Part shown: one piece after another, positions 47,007-57,305 of the stretch | How the letters are laid out: each line of letters starts with the position of its first letter | Numbering within the stretch: position 1 is the stretch's first letter | From: an uncultured delta proteobacterium | GTDB lineage: Bacteria > Myxococcota > Myxococcia > Myxococcales > Myxococcaceae | Assembly (NCBI GenBank): GCA_963776345.1 | Contig: CAVZMH010000013.1 | Coordinates: forward strand, 1-64,000 | Direction: 5' to 3' | DNA length: 64,000 bases | Position numbers and translations under genes: made by a program | The notes under the pieces: generated by a model | What the model was told of the DNA's origin: nothing | The model's input: only the letters and a program-made list of their open reading frames with translations | Databases searched by the model: none

Positions 47007-48605
47007 GTGGATCCGGCCCTGTTTCTACACCGGCCGCCGGCGCGAAACGCCGGCTCGGCCCTCGCACCGGTCCTGGCGGCCGCCGTGTCGCTGCTCCTGG
47101 CCCACCACGCCGTGGTGGCGAGCGGGCTGCGCCAGGTCCCGGGCGATGCGGGCGACGTGCGCTTCGTGCACTTCTGCATCGAGCACACCTGGGCCTGGCT
47201 GGCCGGGCACCCGCTGCACCGGCGCTTCTGGGATCTCCCCTTCTACTTCCCGGCCCCCGACGTCGGGGCGTACAGCGACGTGCTCCTCGGGGTCGCCCCG
47301 CCCTACTGGGTGCTGCGCGCGCTGGGAGCAGGCCCGGACCGGGCGTATGCGCTGTGGCTCCTCTGCACCACCGCGCTGAACGCGGCGGTGGCCACCTGGT
47401 TCCTCCGGAGCGCGCTCGGGGTGGGAGGGCTCGCGGCCGGGGCCGGCGCGGTCCTCGTCGCCGCGGGCGCGCCGCGCATCCACGTGCTGAACCACCCCCA
47501 GCTCGTGGGCTCGTACTGGTTGCTCGCGGTGCTCGGATTGCTCGTGCAGGCGCTGCGGGCGCCTGGAACCCGCCGGGCGCGCCTGGCGTGGGTGGGGGCC
47601 GGCCTCGGCTTCGCCGCCCAGGCCTGGTCGAGCTACTACCTCTGGTGGTTCCTCGCGCTCGCGCTCCTGGTGGCCACCCTGGCGGCGCTCGGGGAGCCGA
47701 GCACCCGCGCCGCCTTGCGCGAGGCCCTGCGCCAGGACGGCACGGCGATCGCCGCGGCGGCGGTGCTCTCGGGCCTGCTGCTCTTCCCGCTGCTCCGCGC
47801 CTGGTGGAGCGTGGCCCAGGTGGTCGGGGTCCGCGAGGTGCAGGCCGTCTTCCTCGCCCGCGGCCAGACGTGGCTGAACCCCGGTCCGGACAGCTGGTGG
47901 TACGGCGGACTCGTCCGGCGGCTGGCGGGGCTGCGGAGCCAGACGGGCGAGCAACAGATGGGCGTGGGGCTCCTCGCGCCGGCGGTGGCCCTGGTCGGCC
48001 TCTGGCGCGCGCGGCACCGCGGCGGCGTGGTGGTGCTCGCGGCGACCACCCTGGCGCTGGTGGTGCTCGCAACCCAGCTGGGGCCGTGGCGCGCGGTCTC
48101 GCCCTGGAGCGCGGTCTCGGCGCTGGTCCCCGGGGCGGCGGCGATCCGCGCCGTCCCGCGACTCGGTCTCCTGGTGCTCGTGGCCTGGGCGGCGGGGCTG
48201 GCGCTCGCGATCGACGCCGCGCGCCGGCGAAACACGGGCGCCGCGGCGGTGCTCGGCGCGCTGTGCCTGGTCGAGCAGGGCGTGTCGTTCGCGCACTTCA
48301 CGCCCGCGGTGGAACGGGCGCGCGTGGACCAGGTGGCGGCCGGGGTCTCGCCCGGGTGCACCGCCTTCGTCTACACCCCTGCCGCGGAGGGCTTCCCGGC
48401 CTGGAGGAGCCAGATCGACGCCCTCTGGGCCACCAATGTCGCCGGCGTGCCCACGTTGAACGGCTACTCCGGCAACTCCCCGCCGGGGTGGATGCTCGAA
48501 GACTGCCTGGTGCGGAGCCCCGCGGACCGGACGCGGCTGGACGCGGCGGTGGCGGCCTGGGTGCAGCGATGGGGCTTGCCGCAGCCGGTCTGCCGGATCC
48601 AATGA
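47007..48605 (+). CDS. Polytopic membrane protein, YfhO/GT-C-like
   Basis: GDAGDVRF..IEH, FWDLPFYFP..AYSD, TLNGYSG motifs; many TM segments. Start uncertain. Confidence 0.65.
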   Translation: MDPALFLHRPPARNAGSALAPVLAAAVSLLLAHHAVVASGLRQVPGDAGDVRFVHFCIEHTWAWLAGHPLHRRFWDLPFYFPAPDVGAYSDVLLGVAPPYWVLRALGAGPDRAYALWLLCTTALNAAVATWFLRSALGVGGLAAGAGAVLVAAGAPRIHVLNHPQLVGSYWLLAVLGLLVQALRAPGTRRARLAWVGAGLGFAAQAWSSYYLWWFLALALLVATLAALGEPSTRAALREALRQDGTAIAAAAVLSGLLLFPLLRAWWSVAQVVGVREVQAVFLARGQTWLNPGPDSWWYGGLVRRLAGLRSQTGEQQMGVGLLAPAVALVGLWRARHRGGVVVLAATTLALVVLATQLGPWRAVSPWSAVSALVPGAAAIRAVPRLGLLVLVAWAAGLALAIDAARRRNTGAAAVLGALCLVEQGVSFAHFTPAVERARVDQVAAGVSPGCTAFVYTPAAEGFPAWRSQIDALWATNVAGVPTLNGYSGNSPPGWMLEDCLVRSPADRTRLDAAVAAWVQRWGLPQPVCRIQ

Positions 48606-48644
48606 AGGAGCGCCGAGCCCTACCGTGGCGGCGGCTGTGCCCTC

Positions 48645-48707
48645 TGTAAATTTTCGACGCAAGGCGCCGTAACCGCGCGCCGTCTCTGCAGATTCGTTTG
48701 TAAATTT
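48645..48707. promoter_or_regulatory. Repeated TGYARATT motifs upstream of the XRE regulator, candidate autoregulatory sites
   Basis: tgtaaattt at 48645 and 48699 and tgcagatt at 48687, in an AT-rich patch. Confidence 0.4.
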
Positions 48708-48752
48708 GGCTGACCACTGCTACAGCCAGAGGCCGGGCCCCCTTCGCCCCGA

Positions 48753-50264
48753 ATGAACGAGAGCAGCCTCAACGCCAGCGTCGGCCTCAAGCTCCGGACG
48801 CTCCGCCTCCAGCGCCACGTGAAGCAGGCGGACGCCGCCCGCGACCTCGGGGTGTCCCCGGCCTATCTGAACCTCATCGAGAAGGGGAAGCGGGTGATGC
48901 CCTTCCCCCTCCTGTGGAAGGCGCTCCGCTACTTCGACCAGGACCCCGAGCAGTTCATGGGCTCGCTCGGCCAGGGCCCGGTCGACGAGACGCTGGCCAA
49001 GCTCCTCGACGAGCCGCTGCTCAAGTCGCTGGAGATCGACCCCGAGGATCTGCAGCACCTCTCCGCCGAGCCGAAGCTGGCCGGAACCGTGGCCGCCCTC
49101 TTCAACCTCTACAAGAACACCCGGACCCAGCTGGAGAAGCTCACCACCCAGCAGACCTCCGGCACCGGGCCCGCGGGGGCCACGACCGGCGGGGCCGAGG
49201 TCCCGCTCGACTACTCGCCATTCGACGAGGTGTCGGACTTCCTCCAGGCCAAGCGCAACTGGTTCCCCGAGCTCGAGGAGGAGGCCGAGCGGCTCCGCCG
49301 GGACCTGGCGCTGGAGCGGCAGGTCACCGCGCAGCAGCTGGTGGAGCTCCTCGGCGACCGCTTCGGCTACCGGGTGGAGCTCGCGCCCGGACCGGCGGGC
49401 AGCTCCGTCGTCCGCCGACTCGACCTCGAGCGGCAGGTGCTCACCCTGTCGCCCAGCCTCACCGAGCAGCCGCTCAAGTTCCAGCTGGCCACGTCGATCG
49501 GTCTGCTGCTGATGGACCGTGACAAGCTCCTCGAATCCATCCTCGGCGGCACCCGGACCCGCCACGCCGAGACGCCGAAGCTCATCAAGGTCAACCTGGC
49601 CAACTACTTCGCCGGCGCGCTGCTCCTCAGCTACGGCGACTTCTTCCGCGAGGTGCAGCGCACCCGCTACGACGTGGAGCTCTTGAGCCAGGTGTTCGGC
49701 ACCACCTACGAGACGGTGGCCCACCGCCTCTGCAACCTGAGCGACCCCAAGCAGCTCGGCGTACCGTTCCACTTCCTGCGCTCGGACGTCGCCGGCAACA
49801 TCAGCAAGCGCTACAGCGGGACGGGGCTCAAGTTCGCCTCCGGCGGCTCGTGCGGGAAGTGGGCGGTGCACCTCGCCTTCCTCAACCCGTCGCAGCTCAC
49901 CCGGCAGTACTCGATGATGCCAGACGGGACGACGTACTTCTGCTTCGCCAAGGTGCAGCTCCAGCCCATCGGCGGGTCCATCGTGCACGGGACGGCGTAC
50001 AGCATCGGGCTGGGGACGCACGCCGAGAACGCGCAGTTCCTGGCCTACGGTCTGCCCACCACCGACCTCCGACGGGACGCGGTCCCCACGGGCATCAGCT
50101 GCCGCTTCTGCGAGCGGACCGACTGCAACCAGCGCGCGGCCGCCAGCTACCGCTTCGCCTTCTCCTTCGACGAGTACACCAAGAAGGACTGCTTCTTCTC
50201 CCCGCTCCTGGTGCACGAGGCCGGCAAGGACGCCGGCTCGCGGCGACGCCGCGACGGCGACTGA
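48753..50264 (+). CDS. XRE-family short-chain fatty acyl-CoA regulator (ScfR/RamB/PrpR type)
   Basis: N-terminal HTH (SPAYLNLIEKGKR), ANYFAGALL, DVAGNISKR, C-terminal CRFCERTDCNQRA. Confidence 0.9.
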   Translation: MNESSLNASVGLKLRTLRLQRHVKQADAARDLGVSPAYLNLIEKGKRVMPFPLLWKALRYFDQDPEQFMGSLGQGPVDETLAKLLDEPLLKSLEIDPEDLQHLSAEPKLAGTVAALFNLYKNTRTQLEKLTTQQTSGTGPAGATTGGAEVPLDYSPFDEVSDFLQAKRNWFPELEEEAERLRRDLALERQVTAQQLVELLGDRFGYRVELAPGPAGSSVVRRLDLERQVLTLSPSLTEQPLKFQLATSIGLLLMDRDKLLESILGGTRTRHAETPKLIKVNLANYFAGALLLSYGDFFREVQRTRYDVELLSQVFGTTYETVAHRLCNLSDPKQLGVPFHFLRSDVAGNISKRYSGTGLKFASGGSCGKWAVHLAFLNPSQLTRQYSMMPDGTTYFCFAKVQLQPIGGSIVHGTAYSIGLGTHAENAQFLAYGLPTTDLRRDAVPTGISCRFCERTDCNQRAAASYRFAFSFDEYTKKDCFFSPLLVHEAGKDAGSRRRRDGD

Positions 50265-50269
50265 CCCCC

Positions 50270-51790
50270 ATGCCCGAGACCTCCGCCCCTCGATTCGCCC
50301 TGGCGTCCGGGGCCTCCGTCGGCACCCGAGCCGACGTGCTGGTGCTCTTCGCCGACGAGTCACCGCGCCGGGACGGGCCGGTGGCCGCGGTCGACCGCGC
50401 CCTGGCCGGACAGCTGCTCCGCGCCGCCGCCGAGGAGGGGTTTCGCGGCAAGCCGGACCAGACCTTCGTGCTCCACACGCATCGGCGGCTGCCCGCGGCG
50501 CGGGTGGTGCTCGTCGGGACCGGCCCGCGTGACAAGACCGACGCCGAGTCTCTCCGCCAGGCGGCCGGGCGGGGAGTGAAGGCGGCGCAGCGGGTTCGGG
50601 CGCGCTCGGTGGCCATCGCCGTCCCGGGAGATCCGGCTCAGACGCTCGGCCCTGTCGCCGAGGGCGCAGCGCTCGGCGCGTACCGCTTCGACCGCTACCG
50701 GACCGATGGGCGCGACGAGCGGGTCGAGCTGGAGTCGGTCCGCCTCCTGCTCCCCGACGGCGCGGCGCGGTCGCGGGCGCTCGGGCAGACGCTGGCCCGG
50801 GTGCTCCACGTCGCCGAGGCGGCGAACTTCGCCCGCACCCTGGTGAACGAGCCGGCGGGCCACCTCACCCCCGAGACGCTGGCCGAGGAGGCTACGCGCG
50901 CGGGCAAGGCGCACGGGCTCGAGGTCCGGGTGAGCGGGCCGCGGGAGCTGAAGAAGCTCCGGATGGGGATGTTCTCCGCCGTCGGCCAGGGGAGCCACAA
51001 CACGCCTCGGCTGATCGAGGTCATCTACCGGCCGAAGAAGGCCTCGGCGGCCAGGGCGCGCCCGGTGGCGCTGGTGGGCAAGGCCATCACCTTCGACTCC
51101 GGCGGCCTCTCGCTGAAGACGGCCGAGAACATGGCGGACATGAAGACCGACATGGCCGGGAGCGCCGCGGTGCTCGGGGCGGTGCAGGTGGCCGCCGAGC
51201 TCGAGCCGCCGTTCCCGGTGCACGGGTACCTGGGTGCGGCGGAGAACATGCCCAGCGGCACCGCGTACCGCCCCGGCGACATCCTGGTCTCCCGCGTGGG
51301 GAAGACGGTGGAGGTGACCAACACCGATGCCGAGGGCCGGCTGGTCCTGGGGGACGTCCTGGCCTACGCCGTGGAGGAGAAGCCGCGGGCGGTCATCGAC
51401 ATCGCCACCTTGACCGGCGCCTGCGTGGTGGCGCTGGGCAACTGGGTGGGCGGGCTCTTCTCCACGAGCGATGCGCTGGCGAACGAGCTGCTGGGGGCAG
51501 CGGCCCGGGCCGGCGAGTCGTTCTGGCGGCTGCCCCTGGTCGAGCTCCAGAGGGAGACGCTCCGCTCCGACGTCGCGGACATGAAGAACCTCGGCGAGCG
51601 CTGGGGCGGGGCGATCAGCGCGGCCATGTTCCTCCGCGAGTTCGTGGGCGACACGCCCTGGGCGCACCTGGACATCGCCGGGCCGTCGCAGGCGCCACGC
51701 GAGCGCGGATACCTCGCCAAGGGCGCCACCGGTGTCGGCGTGCGCACCCTGGCGGAGTTCCTCGCACAGCGTGCGCGGAACGGCGACTGA
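50270..51790 (+). CDS. pepA: Leucyl aminopeptidase (M17)
   Basis: GKAITFDSGG, MKTDMAG, NTDAEGRL, ATLTGA, WAHLDIAG. Confidence 0.93.
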   Translation: MPETSAPRFALASGASVGTRADVLVLFADESPRRDGPVAAVDRALAGQLLRAAAEEGFRGKPDQTFVLHTHRRLPAARVVLVGTGPRDKTDAESLRQAAGRGVKAAQRVRARSVAIAVPGDPAQTLGPVAEGAALGAYRFDRYRTDGRDERVELESVRLLLPDGAARSRALGQTLARVLHVAEAANFARTLVNEPAGHLTPETLAEEATRAGKAHGLEVRVSGPRELKKLRMGMFSAVGQGSHNTPRLIEVIYRPKKASAARARPVALVGKAITFDSGGLSLKTAENMADMKTDMAGSAAVLGAVQVAAELEPPFPVHGYLGAAENMPSGTAYRPGDILVSRVGKTVEVTNTDAEGRLVLGDVLAYAVEEKPRAVIDIATLTGACVVALGNWVGGLFSTSDALANELLGAAARAGESFWRLPLVELQRETLRSDVADMKNLGERWGGAISAAMFLREFVGDTPWAHLDIAGPSQAPRERGYLAKGATGVGVRTLAEFLAQRARNGD

Positions 51791-51835
51791 TCCGCAGATC
51801 CGCTCCCTTGAGTGCGCCTCGCGGGGCGCGCCTAG

Positions 51836-52048
51836 ATGGCGCGGTTGAAGCGCCTCGTCCTCGCCCTCCTCGCCTCCGCCGCGCTCTTGGCCTGCACGGC
51901 GCACGAGCGCGAGGTCGTCCGACCGGGCCCGCCGTGCCCCGGTGGCCTCTGGGTCCCGGGGCACTACGGGAGCAACGGGCTCTGGCACCCCGGCAACTGG
52001 CGCTGCACCGGCCTGGCCGAGGAAGACGTCGTGGTCTTCAATCCCTGA
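51836..52048 (+). CDS. Small lipoprotein with WxxGxW-type repeats
   Basis: LLAC lipobox; WVPGHY..GLWHPGNW. Confidence 0.6.
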   Translation: MARLKRLVLALLASAALLACTAHEREVVRPGPPCPGGLWVPGHYGSNGLWHPGNWRCTGLAEEDVVVFNP

Positions 52049-52673
52049 GCGGCACCGCCAGGCCCTCGCGCCGCTCTCCGAGCCACGACCAGCGTTGCCT
52101 CGGTCCGTCGATGAGCCGCTCGCGCGACGTGGGTCGCCCGAAGCGCGCCCGGTCCGCGCGGGTGAAGGGTCGCAGCAGCGCGTCGAGCCCCTGGACCTGG
52201 AAGCCGAGCGCGCTGCGCCAGCGGGAATCGTCGGGCCGGGGCTCTTCGAGCTGGCGCCCGATGCTGTCCACCAGCATCTCCTTGAGGACCAGCGTCTCGG
52301 GCGTCACCTGGCGGAGGCAGATGCCGTACTCGCCGGAGAGGTAGTCTTCCCAGTCCGCTTCCCGGGTGTTGGGCCCGAAGCCGACCATCCTCGCGGCGAG
52401 CTCCGTCCTCCGCGCGAAGTGGTGCGAAAGGGCCTCGATCCCGCCGGCGGAGCGCAACAGCGAGAGCAGCTCTGCGGGGAACATCGGCACGCCGTCGGGC
52501 AGCAGGTATGCGGGGCGTGGCAGCCGCCCGGTCTCGATCCAGTCCTGGAGCCGCCTGAGGTCGACGCCCTCGCGGTGGGCGACCTCCTCGAGAGGGACGT
52601 AGCCGGCGCAGACGTACCGGAGGTCGTCGCCCTGCAGCACGGGGTGCGGACGATGGGGAACGAGTCGCGACAT
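52038..52673 (-). CDS. Hypothetical protein (DUF6058-like)
   Basis: GRLPRPAY, WEDYLSGEYGICL, LDALLRPFT..DR..R.RLID. Confidence 0.65.
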   Translation of the reverse strand: MSRLVPHRPHPVLQGDDLRYVCAGYVPLEEVAHREGVDLRRLQDWIETGRLPRPAYLLPDGVPMFPAELLSLLRSAGGIEALSHHFARRTELAARMVGFGPNTREADWEDYLSGEYGICLRQVTPETLVLKEMLVDSIGRQLEEPRPDDSRWRSALGFQVQGLDALLRPFTRADRARFGRPTSRERLIDGPRQRWSWLGERREGLAVPLRD

Positions 52674-52836
52674 GGCCGGCAACCTAGGTGGGCCGCCGGC
52701 GCCGATGCTTCGGAGCGGACCGAACGATTCCGCCGCCGCCCTGGAGCGTTCCGGAAAAGCGCCGCCACGGCCGACGCGGTCATGCTCGGCTGGCCGGTCT
52801 CGGCCCGAGCCCCGGACGCGTCGAGCGAGAACGCGC

Positions 52837-53556
52837 TCAGCCCAGCGCCGCGGCGACCTCGTCGTGCAGCGCCTTCGCCGCAGCCGCCGGGTCCGCCGCG
52901 CCGTGCAGAGGCCGGCCGACGACCAGCAGGCTCGAGCCCGCGGCGATGGCCGCCGCCGGCGTCTCCACCCGGGCCTGGTCTCCCGTCGACGCGCCCGCCG
53001 GACGGATTCCCGGGGTGCAGAGGAAGAGGCCGGCATGATGCGCGCGCAGCGCGCCCGCCTCCTGCGCGGAGCAGACCAGCCCGCCCGCGCCGGACCTGAC
53101 CGCGACCTCGGCCAGGCGCCCGGCCATCGCCGCGGCGGAAGGACCGAACCCGAGCGACGCCACCTCGGCGTCGCCGAGCGAGGTGAGCGCGGTCACCGCG
53201 AGGATCCGTGGTGGCGAGACGCCCGCCCGCTCCGCACCGCGCGCGGCGCCCCGCACCGCGGCCCGGAGCATCTGCTCGCCACCCGAGCCGTGCACCGTGA
53301 GGTAGGCCGCCCCGAGCGCCCCGGCCGCCGCGGCGGCGTTCTCCACGGTGTTGGGGATGTCGTGCAGCTTGAGATCCAGGAACACCGCCGCGCCCTGCGA
53401 GCGGAAGGCGCGGACCGCCGCCGGGCCGTGCTCGACGAAGAGCGACAGCCCGACCTTCACCACCCCCACCGCGGGGCTGAGCAGCGGCCACAGGCGGAGC
53501 GCGTCGTCGAGCGGCACGTCCGCCGCCCAGGCGATGCGCTCCCGGGCCCTGCTCAC
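52837..53556 (-). CDS. pyrF: Orotidine-5'-phosphate decarboxylase
   Basis: KVG, FLDLKLHDIPNTV, VTALTS, TPGIRP, DQARV, VVGRP. Confidence 0.95.
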   Translation of the reverse strand: MSRARERIAWAADVPLDDALRLWPLLSPAVGVVKVGLSLFVEHGPAAVRAFRSQGAAVFLDLKLHDIPNTVENAAAAAGALGAAYLTVHGSGGEQMLRAAVRGAARGAERAGVSPPRILAVTALTSLGDAEVASLGFGPSAAAMAGRLAEVAVRSGAGGLVCSAQEAGALRAHHAGLFLCTPGIRPAGASTGDQARVETPAAAIAAGSSLLVVGRPLHGAADPAAAAKALHDEVAAALG

Positions 53557-54599
53557 TTCGAGGCCAGCTCCCCGTCGATGACCTTCTTGAACTCGTCGAT
53601 GGGCTGGGCGCCGTTGAGGAAGATGCCGTTGATGAAGAAGGCCGGCGTGCCCCCCACCCCGGCCTGGAGGCCGGCCTGCTGGTCGGCGTCGACGGCCTTC
53701 TTCTTGTCGCCGGAGTCCAGGCACTGACCGAACTTCTGCGAGTCGATCCCCACCTCGGTGGCGTGCGCCTTGAGGTCGGTCGGCTCGAGCTTCTTCTGAT
53801 TCTTGAAGAGCACGTCGTGGTACTCCCAGAACTTCCCCTGGTCCGCCGCGCACAGCGACGCCTCGGCGGCCTTCGCCGCGTGGGGGTGGAAGCTCAGCGG
53901 GAACTGCCGGTAGACCAGCCGCACCTTGCCGGCGTAGGTGCTCATCACCTGCTCCACCGTGTCGTGGGCGGCGCCGCAGTACGGGCACTCGAAGTCCGAG
54001 AACTCCACGATGGTGATCGGCGCGTCCTTCGGTCCGCGCGCGGGGCCCTCCGCGGCCACCTGCACCCGCGGCTGGGGCAGGTCGATCTTGAGGTTGGCCT
54101 GCTTCTGGAGCTCCTGGACCACCTTCTGCATCTGGGTCTGCCGCTGCTGGTTCACCAGCGCCTGGGCGATGCGGTCCTTCAGGGACTCGAAGGTCGCGTC
54201 GGGGGGAATCTGCCCGCCGCTCTTCAGCCGCTCGTAGAACTGCCGCTCCTGCGCCTCGGTGGGCGGCTGGACCGGCGCCTCGTCGATGCGCTTGCGGATG
54301 TAGTCCTGGTCGGAGAGGTTGGCCTTCGCCGCCTCGGCCTTGACGATGCGCTCCATCGCCATCTGCTCCAGGACCTGGCGCTTGGTCTGGAACATCTTGT
54401 TCTCCAGCTCGGCGAGCTGCGGCCGGGCCTCCTTCTCCAGCTCACCGGCGGTGACCTTGCCGCCGTTGAAGGTGGCCACCACCCGGTCGGGCGCGGTGGA
54501 GCCGGAGGTGGAGGAGGCCGTGCTGGCCTGCTTGGAGCAGGCGCAGGCCAGCAGGAAGGCGGCGAGCGCCGCGGGGGCGATGGACCGGGAAACGTTCAT
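53553..54599 (-). CDS. DsbA/thioredoxin-domain lipoprotein
   Basis: EFSDFECPYC, GVGGTPAFFING; LAC lipobox-like segment. Confidence 0.9.
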   Translation of the reverse strand: MNVSRSIAPAALAAFLLACACSKQASTASSTSGSTAPDRVVATFNGGKVTAGELEKEARPQLAELENKMFQTKRQVLEQMAMERIVKAEAAKANLSDQDYIRKRIDEAPVQPPTEAQERQFYERLKSGGQIPPDATFESLKDRIAQALVNQQRQTQMQKVVQELQKQANLKIDLPQPRVQVAAEGPARGPKDAPITIVEFSDFECPYCGAAHDTVEQVMSTYAGKVRLVYRQFPLSFHPHAAKAAEASLCAADQGKFWEYHDVLFKNQKKLEPTDLKAHATEVGIDSQKFGQCLDSGDKKKAVDADQQAGLQAGVGGTPAFFINGIFLNGAQPIDEFKKVIDGELASK

Positions 54600-54710
54600 G
54601 GGGAGGCGCACCTTTCCAGCAATGGACATTGCGGCGCAAGCCCGAGGAGCGTCGTGAACCCGGGAGGGGCCGGGGGTCTTCCCACCGGCCACGAGCGCCC
54701 TGCCCAAGGC

Positions 54711-55643
54711 TCAGATCGACTCGAGCGCCAGCGCGAAGTCCGGCAGCCGGAGGTCCAGCCGCTCGAGCTCGCGCCGCCGCGCACGGACGATCGAATAGGA
54801 CGAGGCGTCCGCCAGGACCCGGCTGACGAGCCGGTGGTGCAGCGCGTGGCCGCTCTTCTTGACCTTGAGGTGCCCGATGACCGGATGCCCGAAGAGGGCC
54901 AGGTCGCCGAGCGCGTCCAGGGTCTTGTGGCGCACGAACTCGTCCGGGAAGCGCAGCCCCTCGGGGTTCAGGATGCTGAACTCGTCGACGACGATCGCGT
55001 TCTCCAGCGAGCCGCCGCGGGCGAGCCCCGCCGACTTGAGCCGCTCCACGTCCTTGAGGAAGCCGAAGGTCCGGGCCCGGGCGAGCTCGCGGCTGAAGGC
55101 GCTCGCGGAGAAGTCGATGGAGAGGGACTGCCCGGGCACCAGCGGGTGGTGGAAGTCGATGGCGCAGTCGATGCGGAGCCGGTCGGAAGGGGCGAGCGAG
55201 GCCTCGCGGTCCCCGTCCCGGAGCACCACCGGCCGCTTGACGACCACGAAGGACTTGGGCTCCTCGAGGATGCGGATGCCCGCGGAGCGAACCAGGTAGA
55301 GGAAGGGGGCGGAGCTCCCGTCGAGGATGGGCACCTCGGGACCGTCCAGCTCGACGCGGAGGTTGTCGATGCCGAGCCCGCTCAGCGCGGCGAGCAGGTG
55401 CTCCACCGTGCTCACCCGCGCCGCGCCGTTGCCCAGGCTGGTGGCCAGGGCGGTGTCCACCACGAAGGGCGCGGTGGCCGGGATGCCGCGGGAGCCGGGC
55501 AGATCCATGCGGTGGAAGACGATGCCGTGGTCCGCCGGCGCCGGCCGCAGGGTGAGGGTGACCTGGGCGCCCGTGTGCAGCCCGACTCCCCGGGTGGCGA
55601 CGGGTTTCTCCAGGGTCCGCTGGTGGAACGATGCGTCGCTCAT
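54711..55643 (-). CDS. lpxC: UDP-3-O-acyl-N-acetylglucosamine deacetylase
   Basis: GVGLHTG, TVEHLLAAL, PILDGSS, ARTFGF, EFVRHKTLDALGD, SGH. Confidence 0.97.
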   Translation of the reverse strand: MSDASFHQRTLEKPVATRGVGLHTGAQVTLTLRPAPADHGIVFHRMDLPGSRGIPATAPFVVDTALATSLGNGAARVSTVEHLLAALSGLGIDNLRVELDGPEVPILDGSSAPFLYLVRSAGIRILEEPKSFVVVKRPVVLRDGDREASLAPSDRLRIDCAIDFHHPLVPGQSLSIDFSASAFSRELARARTFGFLKDVERLKSAGLARGGSLENAIVVDEFSILNPEGLRFPDEFVRHKTLDALGDLALFGHPVIGHLKVKKSGHALHHRLVSRVLADASSYSIVRARRRELERLDLRLPDFALALESI

Positions 55644-55815
55644 GGCTCCCGGGTCACGAACACCGACCTGCGCCTCGAAGTTGTGCACGGCTGGCGACTC
55701 CCCCCCGCATGCCGCAACGTGACAACGCCCGCAATTCTTAATCGACAGGTCGACGGCCGCGCAACTATCCGTCCTGTGAGACTTTTCTGCTGTCCTGCCG
55801 CGGCCAGGTACTTTT

Positions 55816-57243
55816 CTACACTTGCTGGAAGCGCCCCAGCACCGCCTTCGCGTGGGCCTCGTCGAACCGGCGACCGGCCACGTCGGAGCGGCGTCCCACG
55901 GAGACGAAGCAGCTCTCGGCCGCCTCGGCGAAGGCGCGGCATTCCTCGGCGAGCCGGGCGCGGGCCATGGGCCCGGCCGGAATCGCGCCTGCCTCGCGGA
56001 GGATGGCGGCGAACTGGTCGAACACCTGGAGGTCCCCGTACCGGAGCAGCTGGTAGCTGACGTCCTGGAAGTACGAGAGGAATGCGCCCAGCGCGGCGAG
56101 CCCCTGGACCGCCTGCTCGCTGCCGGAGGTGAGGGCCTCGTCGGCCGCGCGGGCGAGCTGGGCGAAGACCCAGAGGTCGTTCCGGAGCCGCTGGGCGAGG
56201 ATGACCGGCGAGACCAGGCGGCCGAAGCTCTCGTCCGCCGGGAGCCGGGCCTCGACCGCGCCGGCGAGACGGACCACCTGCGCCTTGAGCTGCTCGGCGG
56301 CCGCAGACCCGATGTCGAGCACGCGCTGCGGGTCGTCCGCCTCCTGGCGCAGCCGCCGGCCGATCTCCTCCGCCAGCCGAGCGAGATCGCGGGAGACCTT
56401 GAGCGCCGCGCCCTGGTGCCGTCGGAGCGCCACCCTCGGCGCGAGCTCGGTGCGAAGGTAGCCCACGAGGGTGAGCGCCTCGCTGCGCACCAGCCCCAGC
56501 ACCACCCGCGCCCGCCGCTCGACCCCTTTCGGGGTGGCGCGCACGTAGCCGAGGTAGTGCAGGAGCCGGAACAGGCCGAGGAACACCGTGGTGAAGAGCC
56601 GCCGCTCCGGGTCGCCGAGCTTCCGGAGCGCGTCCAGCACCGGCACCGACTTCACCCGGTCGAACTCGAGGCAGAACTCGAGCGGACGGAAGGGGCGGAA
56701 GTACTGGTTGTGGAGGACGGCCCGGAGGACGAGGTTCCCCACCTCGTGGAAGACGCGGAAGCTCACCGTCTCCAGCTTGAGGAGCGAGTCGACCACCGTG
56801 CGGAGCGACTCGAAGCTCTGCCGGAGGAGGAAGAGGCTCTCCGGGGGCGTGTCCTCCTCCAGCTCCTCGTCGAGGAGCGCGCGGCGGGCGCGGTCGTCCA
56901 CCAGCTGGTTCCGCACGTAGCGGCGGAACATCATCCGCTGGTCCTCGCCCGGGTCGAGCAGCCGGCGGGCGAGCTTGATGGCCTGCCCCAGCGCGTCGCG
57001 GACGTCGCGCAGCTCGTCGGAGAAGTCGCGGGTGACGACCGGACGGGCCACCGAGTCGATGGGCAGGTTGTGGAGCTTGAAGTACCGCTCCATGCCCCGG
57101 AGCAGCATCTCGAACTCGAAGAGCCGCTCCTCCCGCCCCTCCACCCGGCAGCTCCGGAGCCAGCGTTCGCGCTCTGCCGAGAGGCCCGGGTGGGGCTGGC
57201 TGTCTCGGACCAGGTCGTGGAAGTAGTCGCGCGCGAGCCGCAC
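55816..57243 (-). CDS. Hypothetical alpha-helical protein
   Basis: 475-aa ORF with coding-like composition, co-oriented between ruvB and lpxC. Confidence 0.75.
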   Translation of the reverse strand: MRLARDYFHDLVRDSQPHPGLSAERERWLRSCRVEGREERLFEFEMLLRGMERYFKLHNLPIDSVARPVVTRDFSDELRDVRDALGQAIKLARRLLDPGEDQRMMFRRYVRNQLVDDRARRALLDEELEEDTPPESLFLLRQSFESLRTVVDSLLKLETVSFRVFHEVGNLVLRAVLHNQYFRPFRPLEFCLEFDRVKSVPVLDALRKLGDPERRLFTTVFLGLFRLLHYLGYVRATPKGVERRARVVLGLVRSEALTLVGYLRTELAPRVALRRHQGAALKVSRDLARLAEEIGRRLRQEADDPQRVLDIGSAAAEQLKAQVVRLAGAVEARLPADESFGRLVSPVILAQRLRNDLWVFAQLARAADEALTSGSEQAVQGLAALGAFLSYFQDVSYQLLRYGDLQVFDQFAAILREAGAIPAGPMARARLAEECRAFAEAAESCFVSVGRRSDVAGRRFDEAHAKAVLGRFQQV

Positions 57244-57305
57244 CTCGCCGCCCGGGCCGATGCGCGGGAGCGGGATGGCAGGCGAGCGGGGGTCGGCCGG
57301 CGCGG

